A DNA stretch of 64,000 nucleotides, taken from positions 9,906,898-9,970,897 of the forward strand of contig MU054212.1 of the NCBI GenBank assembly GCA_013239625.1, given 5' to 3'. Each line of letters starts with the position of its first letter. Position 1 is the stretch's first letter. Source of the DNA: Lama guanicoe. Lineage: Eukaryota. A model generated the notes under the pieces. It was not told the origin of the DNA. It was given only the letters and a program-made list of their open reading frames with translations, and ran no database searches. The translations under genes were made by a program, and so were the position numbers. Below are positions 62,075 through 64,000 of this stretch, piece by piece.

Positions 62075-62235
62075 CAATTATTCAATTATTTCTGAGTATT
62101 CTTCCTGTGCCTGGCACTCTGCTGTACACTGGGGTTGCAAAGATGAGTTAAGTCTCAGTCTATATCCTTAGGGACTTCACAGTCTGGAAAGGGAGTTAAA
62201 AAATAATTACTATTCAACATGGCAGTGTTTATAAA
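62075..62235 (-). mobile_element. L2 fragment
   Basis: attcaattatttctgagtattcttcctgtgcctggcactctgct...cacagtctgg. Confidence 0.75.
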
Positions 62236-62239
62236 GGAG

Positions 62240-62480
62240 CAGATTTTCTAAAGTAGTGTTTTAAAGAACACTCTTTGGCAGAATGTTAAGTAAGGGTATC
62301 ACGAGAAGGAAGTATTTTGAGCTAAAATAAGTTTAGGAAATGCTGGGTTAAGTAAAATTAAGCAAGTTTTTTCCTACTGGGTAATTTTCAGACCCTTTAA
62401 ATTGCTAATATGTATGATGAATCTCCAAGAAGGAAAGAGAACATATTTTCCAAAACTATCTGACCTCAGATCCCTTCTTT
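62240..62480. mobile_element. MER112/113-like hAT-Charlie element
   Basis: aaataagtttaggaaatgctgggttaa...gctaatatgtatgatgaatctccaaga...tttccaaaactatctgacc. Confidence 0.65.
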
Positions 62481-62527
62481 TTTCATTGCACACTTAATAA
62501 AAGAATTTGTTCTTTCTTATTTTCCCC

Positions 62528-63040
62528 CATCTCTCCTTCCCTCCATCTATCCATCCATCCCTCCCTCCCTCCTTCCATCCATCATCAATCCACCCCTCCA
62601 TCATCCATCCAGTCATCATCCATTCATCAGTCCTTCATCCTTCTGAGTGCCCACTTGGTGCCAGACACTGTGCTGCATCCTGGGAATCCATCAGTAAACA
62701 TATCTGTTGAGTTAGTATTTTAGTTGGGGAGATAAACATCAAGCAAATAAACAAATTGTAAGATTTTAAGAGTGTGGTAAGATTCATATAGGAAATAACT
62801 AGAGTTCTAAAATGAGAAGGAAAAAAAACCCAGAATGATCTACTTAAGTAGGTGGTTAAGAAAGCTTTCTGTGAGCACAAGCCATTTAAAGAAAGTACCT
62901 GGAGAAAGAGAATGAGCCAGCTTTGCAAAGAGCAAGAGGAAGAGCCATCCAGGAAAAGGAAACAGCAAGTGCCAAGACCCTGGAATGCAGATGGGCTTGG
63001 CAAGCTCCAGGAATTGAGCTTCCTCCAGGATTGCCGGTCT
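62528..63040 (-). mobile_element. L2 fragment with (CCAT)n tail expansion
   Basis: (ccat)n then tgagtgcccacttggtgccagacactgtgct...ccaggaaaaggaaacagcaagtgccaagaccctgg. Confidence 0.85.
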
Positions 63041-63804
63041 GCTTAAAGGCAGAAGCTGAACCCGACACGTTTTTAAGAATTAGAATCTCATCATCATGAT
63101 ACCACAGAGTTGGAGGAGACCCTGACACCATCTCTTCCAAATTTCTATCCAAGAGGGTCCCGTCTTTTAAGATACAGGGCTGCCTGCTCTGCTTGGCTCT
63201 CTTTATGGGGTTTCCCCCTTTAGCTGGGAGGTTAATTTCAGCCCCAGAATGTAGCTAGGGAGAGCATTGTTTATGAAATTTCTCTTTCATATGAAATGAG
63301 GACCAGGGAGGCGTCAACCAATGGCTGTGTTTTTAAGGAGAAAACTTCTCTCAGAGATGCACATCCTAATAAAAGTAATCATAGTCAGTGACCTTCCCTC
63401 CATTCCGGATGTAAGAGACAACAAGACTGAAGGAGGAGTATGACAAAGCAACTAGCTGGTTATTCTTGACTCAGTGGCCAAGGAAGGCAACAAGGATAAC
63501 TCTGATTCTTGAAGCCTGAGTGCCCTGCTCCCAAAGCTTTTATCTTTCAATTCTCTCTGCAAGATTAAGCATCCCCAAACACCACTTTTATGGTCTCTGC
63601 CCTGGTTCAAGGAGCTACAATGGATCTTCTTTACTGTCAAATCAACTGAAAACCTCTCTGCTAGACATTCAGGACTATCCATTATTAGCATCATTTTCTT
63701 CTGCCTGACCCTCTGCCTTCTCCTCGCCCCCTCCCCCTTACCCTGCAACGCAACGCCCAGGCATGCACGCACGCACACGCATGCACGTGTGCACCATGCA
63801 GTTA

Positions 63805-64000
63805 GAGCCACAGAGGAAAATAATTCAGACTTCGGTGTCACAGCCCTGGCTTATTCTTCTGCCATGTGCTGGATGCCTGCCTGTGTATCTTGTAGACCTT
63901 CAGCTTCCTCATCTGCATTAACAAATAGTAATACTAATAATATTTTTCAAGTAAAAATACTTGTCACGTTGGGGTTCCTTGAACTCAGCTGTCACAGTAT
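63805..64000 (+). mobile_element. MIR SINE (runs to window end)
   Basis: cttcagcttcctcatctgcattaacaaatagtaatactaa. Confidence 0.7.

Noticed and set aside
1..64000. CRISPR arrays, operons, retrons or other prokaryotic/viral systems
   Set aside because: No regularly spaced repeats, no gene-dense ORFs and no internal gag/pol/env sequence; the DNA is clearly mammalian and repeat-rich.

Overview
This is mammalian genomic DNA, most likely from a camelid. That inference rests on two tRNA-Ala(AGC)-derived SINEs of the vic-1 type and young non-primate L1 3' ends. I cannot support any protein-coding gene, structural RNA gene or prokaryote-type system (CRISPR, operon etc.). The window reads as intergenic or deep-intronic sequence. 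A large part of it is retrotransposon and DNA-transposon debris: L1, L2, L3/CR1, MIR, MaLR/ERVL LTRs and MER5/MER46/MER53/MER112-type elements. Most ORFs in the supplied track look like chance ORFs; the only ones with recognisable protein homology are L1 ORF2 C-terminal fragments. The most informative observations are as follows. (1) A ~140-bp orphan polyadenylated sequence has retroposed into an L1 that itself sits in an L2 tail. (2) There are two twin-primed (5'-inverted) L1 insertions, one nested in a MER53 palindrome. (3) Several repeat-free blocks are dense in homeodomain/Sox/Oct/Fox/Meis motifs and look like developmental enhancers, including a Sox-Oct element with Fgf4-type spacing. (4) Two CpG-rich patches carry CTCF-like sites. 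(5) There is one speculative 198-nt in-frame exon. Repeat family names come from my recollection of consensus sequences, not from a database search, and boundaries of old elements are approximate. I did not find a convincingly novel biological system.
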